Part shown: in pieces, positions 33,701 to 43,527 of the stretch
How positions within the stretch are numbered: the first letter of the stretch is position 1
Layout of the letters: the number at the start of each line of letters is the position of its first letter
Assembly (NCBI RefSeq): GCF_000142905.1
Contig: NW_013657661.1
Coordinates: forward strand, 124,001-188,000
DNA: 64,000 nt
Source: Thecamonas trahens ATCC 50062
Taxonomy: Eukaryota > Protista > Apusomonadida
Direction: 5' to 3'
Notes under the pieces: model-generated
What the model was told of the DNA's origin: nothing
Seen by the model: only the letters and a program-made list of their open reading frames with translations
Database searches by the model: none
Made by a program: the position numbers and the translations under genes

Positions 33701-34075
33701 CCCAGCAGTGGAGAGATCAGCATCCCGCCGCCTCCGCGGTTTGCCGCGCCCGGCGGTCTCGAGCAGGCCAAGGAAGGCTACCGCCGAGGAGTACGTGCGC
33801 CCGGCAGCATCGTACGCCTCGAGAGCGCGGATGTAGCGAGCAGCATACGCAGCTTCTATTCCTGCCGTCTCGTGACCGCCACTTCCGCCTCCGCTCGCCA
33901 CGCTGCCTGCCCGCGCCAGCACCTCCAGCACCGCCTCGGTCCCGCCGTCCGCCACTGCGCTATCCGCCAGCACTTTGTCGAGCTTGTGGAGTCGCTCACG
34001 GGCCCGGGCCATGGGGTCGGCAGCTGCTATCGCGAGTAGGGCAAGGGCCAAGGTGAGGTAGGCCAGAGTGCGCAT
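30785..34075 (-). CDS. Secreted/ER protein: signal peptide + leprecan/CRTAP-like TPR + JmjC (cupin-8) domain + second 2OG-Fe(II) oxygenase domain
   Basis: MRTLAYLTLALALLAIAAA signal; JmjC KPVVIRG...SLFVGPAGSGSGLHID...GRKKW...GDLMFIPGGTPHQVVN; second domain HFHADC...STVLYL..GGPT...GRMLAFDGRLIHGV...RVTLLINFW. Confidence 0.85.
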   Translation of the reverse strand: MRTLAYLTLALALLAIAAADPMARARERLHKLDKVLADSAVADGGTEAVLEVLARAGSVASGGGSGGHETAGIEAAYAARYIRALEAYDAAGRTYSSAVAFLGLLETAGRGKPRRRRDADLSTAGYASPAPAPRHAPHHAAHIPPCSPSGAPRLNSFLDDVYGCVWESVDDDDGESTGSASELVVEVEALRDAAAASMDSLSLLLDEDIPRFLLSAPWASTALSPWLRAHDLFAAALLADSMEDHTLVTFFLEQHEAKLASMTSRAAEALSMPASGIHSSPILTKLLDLDSPESRARRAPVGFFVREQYSYLLYSSAHSGRMREAISAGEAYLTFNPESDEIRGNLELLATVDAEDPAFQSDVSPDRVDRLALRLLGSGTELPHDSLAANQAMLGECREATDKLHDKLADVRSGLSGCRELVDSLYERASAAARVAAGCSSPGTDASCPPFAEPQPAADEIASGLSFSRFYSEYSLARKPVVIRGGAANMTTVPWDYAHLQSACGRAMVTPKLYRAHMDTWASLSSLDSMSLGEFIEALRNGSLVEGYRAPGLPYVFDASLTYMCPAMLDEFVVPKYVANDFLQRIPYTIDVPYRSSWPSLFVGPAGSGSGLHIDSFGSSFWMGLISGRKKWILYPHDTPRSALHFSSRRGTFEASPLMYLDPTATPLMREAHAQAVVVVQEAGDLMFIPGGTPHQVVNLDDVVGISMNFVDGGNLETSLQVLKDEAACGYADSERLYHALSDAGLLTVVPREAADLPWAAFKTFPLPEAIAGGPYEIGVDGRAVAGGEWSAASLPWRAHAGEHAPRVLTIDNAVDEAEADALLAFASWPGRKQFVENDPSVAIQRTFVSRTEARVSLLHRLMHRAAQVLGLNDDEWAGGEWWIQDRAADNVLHFHADCAEGREETTLSMHPLVSTVLYLTDVGGPTVVYNASVAPSGGDYDPFRLEPASPSSGAVVWPRLGRMLAFDGRLIHGVAHDDPPSSAKRVTLLINFWRHRPNVLGPAPWTWLVESSEASELAAADGLRPGVPNETEVTSWDAFDECVVTSNDPLLAAEFLMTGGGTSGVLSMRLPSSRARAGAHGRARLVGDGLAWLEA

Positions 34076-34238
34076 GGTAGGAGAGGGATGGTGCCGTGCC
34101 CGGGCGGACGCTCCTCGACGACTGCCGGGCGGACGCTGACACGCACGCAGGTGGGACTCGATCGACCTTGGGAGTGGGATGGGGGGATAGGGGAGACGGA
34201 CAGATGTGTATTGCGCCGAGAGTAGGGAAGGGAGGGGG

Positions 34239-35957
34239 TTAGGACGCAGGGCTCGTGAGAGCGGCGAGGTGGATGGCTGCCGAGCCGGTGAGGTGGCGCG
34301 ACGGCGAGTTGAGGAATCGCTTGTGGAGCGCGTCCTGGGTCTCGCGTGGCGAGGCAGGCGAGGCGATGGAGGCAGCGATGGCGGCAAGCTGGATGGCTGG
34401 GGAGGGTGCGTGCTCGACTTCGCCGTCATCAACGTCGACGACGTGGTCATGGTCAACGTCGTGTTGGCCAACTTGGACTTCCTCGTACTCGTACTCGTAC
34501 TCGGAGTCGTCGGCATCAGCGGACACGCCGTCGCTAGCAACTGCAACCAAGGTGGCCTCGGAATGAGTATCTGCAGCGGTATCAGCAACAGTGTCAGTCG
34601 TCTTGGCAGTGAGCGAAAGATTGTAGGCGAGGGCGTCGGCTTCGGCCTCGGCCTTGGCGGCGAGCGCGTGCTCGAGCTCGAGAGCGAGGCGGTTGTTGTC
34701 GGTCTCGACATCGGCGAGGCGAGTGAGCAGGGCGCCCATCTCATCATAGAGGTCGACATCGGGCGGGAGATTACTGTCTGCGCTGGTCTCCAGCTCGGCG
34801 ATCCGCGCATGCAGCTGCGCGTTTTCGTCCGAGAGCGAGGCCACACGAGCAGCTAGCGCGGTGGAGGCGGCAAGCTCACGGGCAAGAGTGGCGTTGTCGG
34901 TCTCGAGCTCGCGAATGTGGGCGCGGAGGACGTCGGCCTCGGCAGCGGCAGATGCCGAGGCCGAGGTAGCGCGCCGGGCTGACGCGGCGCGCAGCGTGTC
35001 CAGATCGTCGGTCAGTTCCTGGACCTTGGCACGGAGGGGGCGAAGCTTGCGCATGTGCTGGCCATGCATGACCTCCATCTCGGTGTCGAGCCGCTTCTGG
35101 AACTCTGCCTCAAGTCGGGCGCGCATGTCGCGCGGCGGCTCGGTCTTGGCCAGGCGCCGCTCCAGTGCAGCCACCTTGCGCTCAAGCTCCTTGGTTCGCA
35201 GCCTCTCTTCCGCCAGCGCCCGCTCCTGGGCCGGCGAGTGAGCGTTGGCCGGTGGGCGCGCCTGCAGTCGGTGGTTGGCGGCCTCGAGCTTCATGATCTG
35301 CACCTCCAGCCGAGCGATGGTTGCGGCGGTCGACTCGTGGCCATTGGCATGAAGCGCCGCTGGCGGGCTGGATACCACAGCTGGTGGCACTCTTGGCGGC
35401 GGCGACGACAGCAACTCGGTCGAGGAGAGCGGACCAGGCGAGCGTGGCGTCTGATAGTACGAGCGGACCGGCTGCGGCGGGGAGGCCGAGCGGGCGGCCG
35501 ATCGCGCAGGTGATGCCGCCGCCGACGCAGCCACCATGCCCTGCAACGACTCGAGCTTGTGAAAGAGCGAGCCGAGAGAGGCTGAGAGCGCCGAGGAACG
35601 CGCGTGAACGTCCTGAGAGGCAAGGAGACCAGCATCAGACAGCGAAGCCGACTCTGCTGCAGCGCGAGCAGGCGAGGCGGTGACCGCTGGGCGGAGCGAT
35701 CGCTGCTCATAAGGCGTGGCATGGGCATAGCTGGGCAAAGCTACCTCTCGGCTACCACCGCCAGAAGTCTCATGCCCTGCAAGTCGACCAGTAGAAGACC
35801 TCGCAGTCGACCGCGGCAGGCCGTACGGTGCGTATGGACCGGGCGACGAGGGTGTGACGACCGAGGGTGTGAACAGTGGGTTGGCCACTGCGCCAGGCGG
35901 GTAGAGCGAGGCGTCCAGCTGGGCCCGCAGTCGCTGCACAGGCGAGGATGCACGCAT
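34239..35957 (-). CDS. Coiled-coil protein of unknown function
   Basis: Likely ATG 35957 (MRASSPVQRL) after a poly-C tract; long heptad-rich central region; acidic tail. Confidence 0.7.
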   Translation of the reverse strand: MRASSPVQRLRAQLDASLYPPGAVANPLFTPSVVTPSSPGPYAPYGLPRSTARSSTGRLAGHETSGGGSREVALPSYAHATPYEQRSLRPAVTASPARAAAESASLSDAGLLASQDVHARSSALSASLGSLFHKLESLQGMVAASAAASPARSAARSASPPQPVRSYYQTPRSPGPLSSTELLSSPPPRVPPAVVSSPPAALHANGHESTAATIARLEVQIMKLEAANHRLQARPPANAHSPAQERALAEERLRTKELERKVAALERRLAKTEPPRDMRARLEAEFQKRLDTEMEVMHGQHMRKLRPLRAKVQELTDDLDTLRAASARRATSASASAAAEADVLRAHIRELETDNATLARELAASTALAARVASLSDENAQLHARIAELETSADSNLPPDVDLYDEMGALLTRLADVETDNNRLALELEHALAAKAEAEADALAYNLSLTAKTTDTVADTAADTHSEATLVAVASDGVSADADDSEYEYEYEEVQVGQHDVDHDHVVDVDDGEVEHAPSPAIQLAAIAASIASPASPRETQDALHKRFLNSPSRHLTGSAAIHLAALTSPAS

Positions 35958-36217
35958 GAGGAGGAGGGGGGGGGGGAGGGGGGGGAGGAGGGAGAGAGAC
36001 AGATGGGCGGAGGTAGGGAGGTGGGGGGGGGGGGGGAGGCGGTGCCGGTGCTGGCACTTTGGGTTTGGGGTTGCCTGGCAACGGAATTGGGCTCTACGGT
36101 AGTGCGCCACAACCACACCCGAAGATGCCAGCATGGCCATGGCCATGGCATCACCGCAGACTATATCCAATGGTCTTAAAGCGACAAAATCTTCAGAGGT
36201 GCGTCTGTTTGTGTGCA

Positions 36218-36218
<1 letters not shown>

Positions 36219-36250
<32 letters not shown>

Positions 36251-36262
36251 GTGTGTGTGTGT
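36219..36262. repeat. (GT)n microsatellite in divergent intergenic region
   Basis: Visible repeat. Confidence 0.95.
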
Positions 36263-36513
36263 AACAGCCGATGGTTGGTGGGATGCCTCTCCTCCGTCGT
36301 ATCCATCCCATCCGTCAGGATCAGACCAAGTACGTGAGCACAGCGCAGCGTGTGTCGGTCGAGTCACGCCCACCTGCGTGTCACCGGCCCACCACCACCA
36401 AATGGCTTGGCTCGCGACACGCCCAAAGACCACGTGCGTGTCGCGGACGTGAGCTTAGCCACCGCCACCGCCACCGCCACCACCACCGCCACACCTGTCA
36501 CCGGCCACAACAT

Positions 36514-38097
36514 ATGGAGTCTGGTGACATGGTCTCGGAGTCGTACTCGCGGTCGAGCCCGAGCAGCATGGGCACGGACTCGGAGCGGGGCAGCGCGCAG
36601 GGCGGACATGCGGTGGTCGATGACGGGCTGGTGGAAGACGGCGAGGAGCAGGCACTGCTGGGATCAGAAGGCGGGGAGGTCGACATGGGGATTGCATCGC
36701 CGCTGGATGCTGCGGTGGAGAGGCTGGGTATTGGACGGTTTCACAAGGTGGCGGTGGCTGTCCTCGGCTTGGCCAACGCGTCGGACGCAGTCGAGCTGCT
36801 GGCCATTGGCTACATACTGCCCGAGTTGAACAAGGCCGGCGCCAAGGGCTTCCACGTCACCGACGCGCAAAAGGGCTTTCTCTCAGCGGCGGTCTTTGTC
36901 GGCATGCTCATCGGCGGGCTGTTCTGTGGCCTGGCCTCGGATCGTGTGGGCCGAAAGGCAATGCTGCTCTGGTCGCTGGGCATCAACGCGCTGGCCGGCC
37001 TCGCCTCGGCCGCCGCTCCCTCGTGGCCGCTCCTGCTCACCGCCCGCATTATCTCAGGCATTGGCGTCGGTGGCTCGGTCCCGTCGGTCTTTACCATGGC
37101 TGTCGAGTACCTACCTGTCCACCGCCGCGGCTTCTACCTCACCGTTGTGGCCTGGCACTGGATGGTCGGCTCGATCTTTACAGCCTCGCTGGCCTGGATC
37201 CTCCTTGGCGCCATCGGTGCATCGTGGCGCGTCTTTGCCGCCGCCTGCGCTGGGCCTGCAGCTCTGGCATTTGTCCTCACCCTCGTTCTCCTTCCCGAGA
37301 CGCCGCGGTTTCTGGTGGCCAAGGGTCGGTACGCCGCCGCAGCGTCTGTCCTCAACCGCATGGCGCGGCGATCGGGCCACACAACGCCGCTTCTGGGAGC
37401 ATCGGGTGCTGAGCTTGCTCCCAATGGGCCAAGCAACATTCAGGCCGGCTCTGTCCCTGCTGGGTCGTTGGACGAGCCGGCCCGTGAGACCACGCCGTCG
37501 GCGTGGCGGCTGCTCGATCCGGCGCTGCGACGGACCACGATCTCGCTCGCCATCGTCTGGTTCGGCCTCTCGTTCGGCTGGTACGGCCTAATTCTGTGGA
37601 TTCCAACTCTCTTTGACGACGCCAACCTCTCGTTCTCAGTCTATGCCTCGGTCTTTATCGTTGCCGCCGCCAACCTGCCGGGCAACATTGTGTCGGCCGT
37701 GCTGATGGACCGGATCGGGCGCAAGAACGTACTGGTCGGGACCATGACCACCGCCGCTGGCCTCGGCGTTCTCTTTGCCTTTTCCCACCGTGCCGGGCTG
37801 GTGATCACGGTCGCCTCGGCCTTCAACGCGGTCTCGATCGGCGGTTGGAACGCACTCGACTGTCTCTCGTCCGAGTCGTTCCCCACTCCGCTGCGTACGT
37901 CGGCTATGGGTGTCCTCGCCGCCTTTGGTCGCCTCGGCTCTATGTCTGCCCAGTTTGTCAACGGCTTTCTTATCTCGCACTCGGTTGCCCTCCTCCTCCT
38001 CGTCACCGCCGGCACCATGTTCATCGGCGGTCTTGGGGCGCTGGCTCTTCCGCGCGACACATCCGGCATGCGGGTTGCTGACAAGCTCCACGGCTGA
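36514..38097 (+). CDS. MFS transporter, SV2/SVOP-like
   Basis: LGIGRFH..DAVE, SDRVGRK motif A, EYLP..RRG, PETPRFL, MDRIGRK, ESFPTPLRTSAMG; about 12 TM helices. Confidence 0.93.
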   Translation: MESGDMVSESYSRSSPSSMGTDSERGSAQGGHAVVDDGLVEDGEEQALLGSEGGEVDMGIASPLDAAVERLGIGRFHKVAVAVLGLANASDAVELLAIGYILPELNKAGAKGFHVTDAQKGFLSAAVFVGMLIGGLFCGLASDRVGRKAMLLWSLGINALAGLASAAAPSWPLLLTARIISGIGVGGSVPSVFTMAVEYLPVHRRGFYLTVVAWHWMVGSIFTASLAWILLGAIGASWRVFAAACAGPAALAFVLTLVLLPETPRFLVAKGRYAAAASVLNRMARRSGHTTPLLGASGAELAPNGPSNIQAGSVPAGSLDEPARETTPSAWRLLDPALRRTTISLAIVWFGLSFGWYGLILWIPTLFDDANLSFSVYASVFIVAAANLPGNIVSAVLMDRIGRKNVLVGTMTTAAGLGVLFAFSHRAGLVITVASAFNAVSIGGWNALDCLSSESFPTPLRTSAMGVLAAFGRLGSMSAQFVNGFLISHSVALLLLVTAGTMFIGGLGALALPRDTSGMRVADKLHG

Positions 38098-38166
38098 CGA
38101 TGCCATCTCGTTTGCTGGTTCTGGTGCGCAGACACACACACACACTCAAACACACACACACACACG

Positions 38167-41077
38167 TCACACAGCATCGGTGCCAGAGACCAGCGAGCTC
38201 GAGCTCGAGCTCGAGCCCGAACGCGAGGTCCGCGACACGTTGGAAGTTGGGTCGGTTGATGAGACCGCGGCCGGCCGCGACGACGACGACTGCGTCTTGC
38301 GACCGGGTCGGAAGGTGCCGTAGCGGGCAGCCTCTGGCCGAAAGTCGCCGTCCGACGACGACGACGACGACGACGAGCCCGAGCCCGAGCCCGAGCCGTC
38401 ATCTCCATAGTTGAACGCACCGTTGCGGTCGCCGGCGTAGTAGCCGTGGCGCGGCTGCGGGCGGCCGACGCCAGCCGCCGCCGCCGCGCGCCGCTGCTGG
38501 TTGCGGAAGTAGACGGTGGTGAGGGCGATGATGGCGACGACCGCCACCACAGCCACCACAATGAGCGCAATGACGAGGCCGTTCGAGCTTTTGGGCGGCG
38601 AGGCCGGCGACGCCCCGCCGTTGCTCGCCACACAGCCCGAGACCGCAATCCCGCACTCGACAGTCGCCGAACTAGCCTGGAGGAGCGAGCGCGTGCCTGT
38701 CGTCGACTCGGCCTCGACCACCACGCGCGCAAACTGGCCAGCAAACTCGGTGAGCGCCGGTGAGAACTGGATGATGTACGTCCGGGTCCCGACCGGCCAC
38801 ACGTAGCCGGAGCCAATGATGATGCGGAGCGTGGCCGACGAGCCAAGGTTGAGGCCGGCGGTGACGGTGAGGCCGGCCGGCTGGTCCTTGGCAAGGTACA
38901 TGGTGTATGTGGCCGAGGTGCCGAGCTCCACCCGATTGGCAGTGATGTCGACATCGCGAACAATCATGGTGGCAGCGTTGCCGAGTGTGAACGTGCCGCC
39001 GATGGTGCCACCGAAGCGCCAGTCGATGGTGGCACCAGTAACCACCAGGTCGGTGGCGACGTCAAGCGGCGCAGAATCGATGGTAAAGTCGACACCCTCC
39101 GGAATGGTGAGCTTCTCAACCGAGCCGCCCGATGAGGTGCACCCTGGGGGAGGGTGAGGTCGGCGCCGGAGGGGTAAAAGTTGCCGCAGAGGAGCTCGAC
39201 GGTGGCGATGGCGCGCGAGGCGACAAAGCGCGAGGTTGTAGCCGGCCCGTCGAGCGAGATGCCCTGAGACTGCGCCGCCGTCGACGTCGAGACCGTGTAC
39301 GGCCGGTTGTCCCAGGTGATGGTCCAACCGGCAATGACAAAGTCGGACGGCGGATCGCCTGACCCGGTCTGAAGCGAGACGGCGAGGACGGCGTTGCCGG
39401 TCGCAGCGTTGAACGAGGCTTCGTGGGTGAGGCTGCCTGGCGGTGGCGGTGAGGAGCCGCCCAGGAGCCCGGGCAGGTCCGATGCAGTCGCCACCGCGTT
39501 TGGCGCCTGCGGCGAGACCAGCGCACCCGAGCCGGTCGAGATCGACGCCATCGGAATGAGCCACGACGAGTGGTACCACGAGGTGTAGTCGTTGGTCCCG
39601 GTCGGCTTGGTGTAAATCCGGATGAACAGGTCCTTGAACGTGTTGGCCCCGCCGATGGCAGTTGTGGTGCCAAAGGTGAATGCCACCGCGTTGAGTTCGC
39701 CGAGCGTGTACCCGTCGCCGTTGACAAACCACGGGTATTGGACAATCGGGCCCTCGAGGCCAGTCGCACGGCCGTCAAAGTGGCGACGCCATGCCTGCTG
39801 CAGGTACCAGTTGATCTTGCCATTGCCCGTCTCGGTAAAGGCCCAGCCCGTCTCGACCTGGACCGGGAACGTCTCATCGTGGCCCACAAGCGCGCCGGCG
39901 GTGGTGATGAACGAGCTCGTCCCGTTGAGGAACGCTGCTGGCGTTGACGCCGTCATAGCAAACGTCTCGGCTCCGGTGCAGCCGTTGGTCGTCTGAGTGC
40001 CGGAAAGCGTCGTCACTGCCCCGGCATTGGAGACTGTGCGAACAACCGCGCCCTGCGAGCAGGCCTGCACAAATACCGCGCCGGCCGAACCGTCCTTGAC
40101 CGCGATGCCGCCCGGGCGAACAAAGACTGAAGTGCCTGACCCGTCTGGTCCGTAGTTTGAAAGATCCGGGTTGCCAGCGACGGTGGCAACGGTGCCCGAG
40201 TTGGCCACACCGACCGAGCCGGTCGGGATGGTGACCCGCCGAATCGAGCCAAGATCGCCGACCCAGAGCGTGATCTGGGTAGCGCCCGACGCCACCGGCA
40301 CAATGGAAAGATCCCACGGGAGCATGTACGTGCCAGTGGTGCCAGCGCCGTCGGCCTTGCCATGGACCGCGGGCGAGCCCGACACGGTGACCACCACTCC
40401 AGTGTTGACGTTGACCGAGCGGATGACGTAGTTGTGGGCATCGGCCACAAAGAGCGTGGCACCGGCGTCATAGTACGCGAGCGCGGTCGGGCCGGTAAAC
40501 CACGCATTGGTTCCGGTCCCGTCCTGCCACCCGGTCTTGGCCGGGTTGCCGGCCAGTGTCGTCACCGTGTACGTGTTTGTCGACTGCACAATCTTGCGGA
40601 TGGCGTTGTTGAGCGAGTCGGCCACGAAAAGGTGTCGGTTGGGCCCGACACCGCGTGGGTCGGCTGGTTGAACCGAGCCGCGGCGCCGACGCCATCAGCA
40701 AATCCGGCCTGCGATGCCGAGCCAGCCACGAGTGTGGTCTCCATCTGTCCGGCTGTGTTGAGCGAGCCAGCCAGGATGATGTGGGTCTCCGGAATCGGGA
40801 TGAGTAGCCCGTTTGAGTTGAGCTTGAGACCAACCTTGCCCGGGACAGCCGTCGCCGGCGTGAGCGGCGGCGAGAAGGCCACCGATGTTGACACGCCCTG
40901 GGAAGAGACCCGGCGCAGCACGCCTGGTGCACCAACAAGCACGACGTCACCAACCACGAGCGCAGCAAGCGTCGCAATCGCACACACAATCATCACCGCC
41001 GACTGCTGGAAAAGCATCCGACTCTGCCCGCGCAACACCCAATTGGCGCCATCGCAAAAAAGAGAATGGTGAGACAT
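38167..41077 (-). CDS. Type-I membrane protein: signal peptide, NHL-repeat propeller, internal domain, beta-rich region, TM helix, cytoplasmic tail; two -1 frameshifts (~40627-40630, ~39146-39150)
   Basis: Three consecutive ORFs join: GFADGVGAAARFNQP / FVADSLNNAIRKI, VTTLAG..GWQDGTGTNAWFTGP, LFVADAHNYVIR (NHL repeats) / ...GLVIALIVVAVVAVVAIIALTTVYFRNQQRR (TM plus stop-transfer). Confidence 0.8.
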
Positions 41078-41199
41078 GATGATGTAAGGAAGAGGCGCAA
41101 AGCGGTGACTGTTTGCCGGTGCAAGGTAGGGAGGGAGGGGAAGGGGTGGAGGAAAGGGAGGAGCGCGGTACACTGCACAAAGAATGGAGGGGAGAGGGG

Positions 41200-41275
41200 G
41201 AGGGAGGGAGGGAGGGAGGGAGGGAGGGAGGGAGGGAGGGAGGGAGGGAGGGAGGGAGGGAGGGAGGGAGGGGAG
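41200..41275. repeat. (GGGA)n microsatellite upstream of the NHL gene
   Basis: Visible repeat, G-quadruplex competent. Confidence 0.95.
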
Positions 41276-42021
41276 GGGGGGGTGGGGGTGGGGTGTTGCA
41301 CACGCCAACCGTCTAAAGAAGCACAGCCAAACACTCTTCCGGGATGGGGGGGGTGGGAAGGCGGGGGCACCAGGGGGCGGGGCGGAAGGGGGAAATCGGG
41401 CAGGGAAAGGTTCGAGAGGAACACGCAAGGTGGCATACCATTGTTATGCAGAGGTAGTCAAGAGTGTCTTGAGTACGTATGGTAGTAGGGAAGGGTGGGG
41501 GGTGTCTGGGAGCTACGAGGGATGGGCAGCGCGTGGGGCACTTTTCGGCGAACGCAGCACCTTTTTTCAGGACGAGACGTACGGCACGCAGATAAAGCCT
41601 GTGGCCATGATTTCCAGCTGTCGCTTTACCGGTTCGTGTGAGAGAGATGTCGCGCTTTATTTCAGTATATCATCGCATCGTGCGTGCGGTATGCCATCCC
41701 TGTGTGCGCGGCATAGTGCCAGCTCAGCGTGTCAAGCCACTCTCGATCGTCGTCACTGGCAAAGCCCACAAGTTGACTGCGTCGATGCCTTTGGCATCTT
41801 GCGAAGAGATATGAGCTGCTAAACAACTTGCGGCGTTACATGGCAGTGCCGCCGCAGGTGAACGTGGCCAAGTCCGTCGTTTTCGTCGGTTTTACTTGTT
41901 TCGCCGCGCATCAACATTAATCGGCGAAAAGTGGAAAAAGGCGTTGTGTTCTTTACGCCAACAAGCGGAACCACCCGACGTACGCACGCGGGAGGGCACC
42001 TGTACAGAAGCAGCCGACGGC

Positions 42022-43527
42022 ATGAGCAAGACGGATTTAAAGCACGAGAAGGCAGAGGGCAAAGGCGCCGATAGCAAGGACGCAGAGGTAATGGATGTTC
42101 CGGAGCAGAGGACGCTGGAGCGCAAGGTGCTGTGGTGGGTGGTGGGCGCGGTGGTGGTGCTGGCTCTTGCTGGCTCGTGCGGGGTTTGGCTGGCGGTGCG
42201 GGGCGGGCCGATGGCTGTGGCGCACCGCGGGGCGTCGGGTGACGCTCCGGAGAACACCATGCCGGCGGTCAAGGCTGCGCTGGCTGTCCACGGCGCTGCT
42301 GTCGAGTTTGACGTCCAGATCACCAAAGATGGCGTAGTGATCGGCATGCACGACACGACCGTCGACCGGACGACAAACGGAAAGGGCAAGGTCAACGATC
42401 TGGAGTGGTCATACATCGCCACACTCGATGCTGGATCGTGGAAGAGCGAGAAGTTTGCCGGAACGCGCGTGCCGCGGCTGGAGGAAGTGCTTGAGGCCAT
42501 GGCAGCGATGCCTGATCGACTCCTGCTGCTGGACACCAAGAACATTGGCGCCGGCCTGTTTGCCGGCGTCGCGGCGGCGCTCGACGCAGCGCCAGCGAGC
42601 GTCCGCTCCCAGGTCCGCATCGGGTGCTGGGACAAAAAGTGTCTGGAGGCTGCGACCGCCGCCGGCCTTGGCGACGTACCGCGCATTGTCATCACCCCGT
42701 TCCCGGTGGCCCCGTTCGCCTTTGACGCCTACCGCAAGCTCGGCGTCGAGGGCTTCAACGTCGGCCTCCAGTTTGGCTTCCTCGGCCTCTGCAAGCCGTG
42801 GACCGCCAAGGCGCAGCACTCTGGCTTCTCGGTCTGGGTCTGGACCATCGATGACGAGAAGACGATGGGCAAGGTCGCCTCGTGGGGCGTCGACGGCGTC
42901 GTCACCAACTACCCGGCGCGGGTCGGCGGCCTGCATGCCGCCCACCATCGCCTGCGTCACGGCTTCCATCACGGCCACGGCCATGGCCATCACGGCCACG
43001 GCCATGGCCATCATGGCCACGACGACGACCATCATGGCCACGACGACGACCATCACGGCCACGACCAAGGCCAACACAACGGCCACGACCAGGGCCAACA
43101 CGACGGCCACGACCAGGGCCAACACGGCGGCGACCATCACGGCCACGACCAAGGCCAACACAACGGCCACGACCAGGGCCAACACGACGGCCATGGCCAC
43201 CGCCACGGCCACCGCCACGGCCACGATGGCAAGCACGACAACCTCCTCCACGGCGGCGGCAAGTGTGGCTCCGCCATGGCCGAAGCCCATCGCGCCGCCA
43301 TGGTTTACGCATGCTTCACTTTCCATGACCACGGCCCGTTCATGGGCGACGACGTGAAAATGTCCCCAGGCGAGGCGTTCCTTTATGACTCGGCGTCGTG
43401 CAAGGCGCTCGCCAACTGCCCGCGCACCGCCGACGGCGCAGACATCGACGCTACTGCCGACGAGACCGCAGCCTGCGCCAAGCATGCCGCTGATCTCGTC
43501 GAGGAGTACCTCGGCCTTGTCCACTAA
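42022..43527 (+). CDS. Membrane-anchored glycerophosphodiester phosphodiesterase (GDPD) with His-rich repeat and Cys-containing C-terminal domain
   Basis: N-terminal TM; AHRGASGDAPENT, EFDVQITKDG..MHD.TVDRTT, VPRLEEV, WVWTID, GVDGVVTNYP; HGHD repeats at ~42940-43240. Confidence 0.92.
   Translation: MSKTDLKHEKAEGKGADSKDAEVMDVPEQRTLERKVLWWVVGAVVVLALAGSCGVWLAVRGGPMAVAHRGASGDAPENTMPAVKAALAVHGAAVEFDVQITKDGVVIGMHDTTVDRTTNGKGKVNDLEWSYIATLDAGSWKSEKFAGTRVPRLEEVLEAMAAMPDRLLLLDTKNIGAGLFAGVAAALDAAPASVRSQVRIGCWDKKCLEAATAAGLGDVPRIVITPFPVAPFAFDAYRKLGVEGFNVGLQFGFLGLCKPWTAKAQHSGFSVWVWTIDDEKTMGKVASWGVDGVVTNYPARVGGLHAAHHRLRHGFHHGHGHGHHGHGHGHHGHDDDHHGHDDDHHGHDQGQHNGHDQGQHDGHDQGQHGGDHHGHDQGQHNGHDQGQHDGHGHRHGHRHGHDGKHDNLLHGGGKCGSAMAEAHRAAMVYACFTFHDHGPFMGDDVKMSPGEAFLYDSASCKALANCPRTADGADIDATADETAACAKHAADLVEEYLGLVH

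Noticed and set aside
34076-34846. N-terminal 257 aa of the 1353-aa ORF
   Set aside because: Alternate frame of the neighbouring coiled-coil gene; the signal peptide starts at 34075.
41430-41900. Lower-GC intergenic stretch as ncRNA or mobile element
   Set aside because: No tRNA cloverleaf, snRNA motif, terminal repeats or transposase recognisable by eye.
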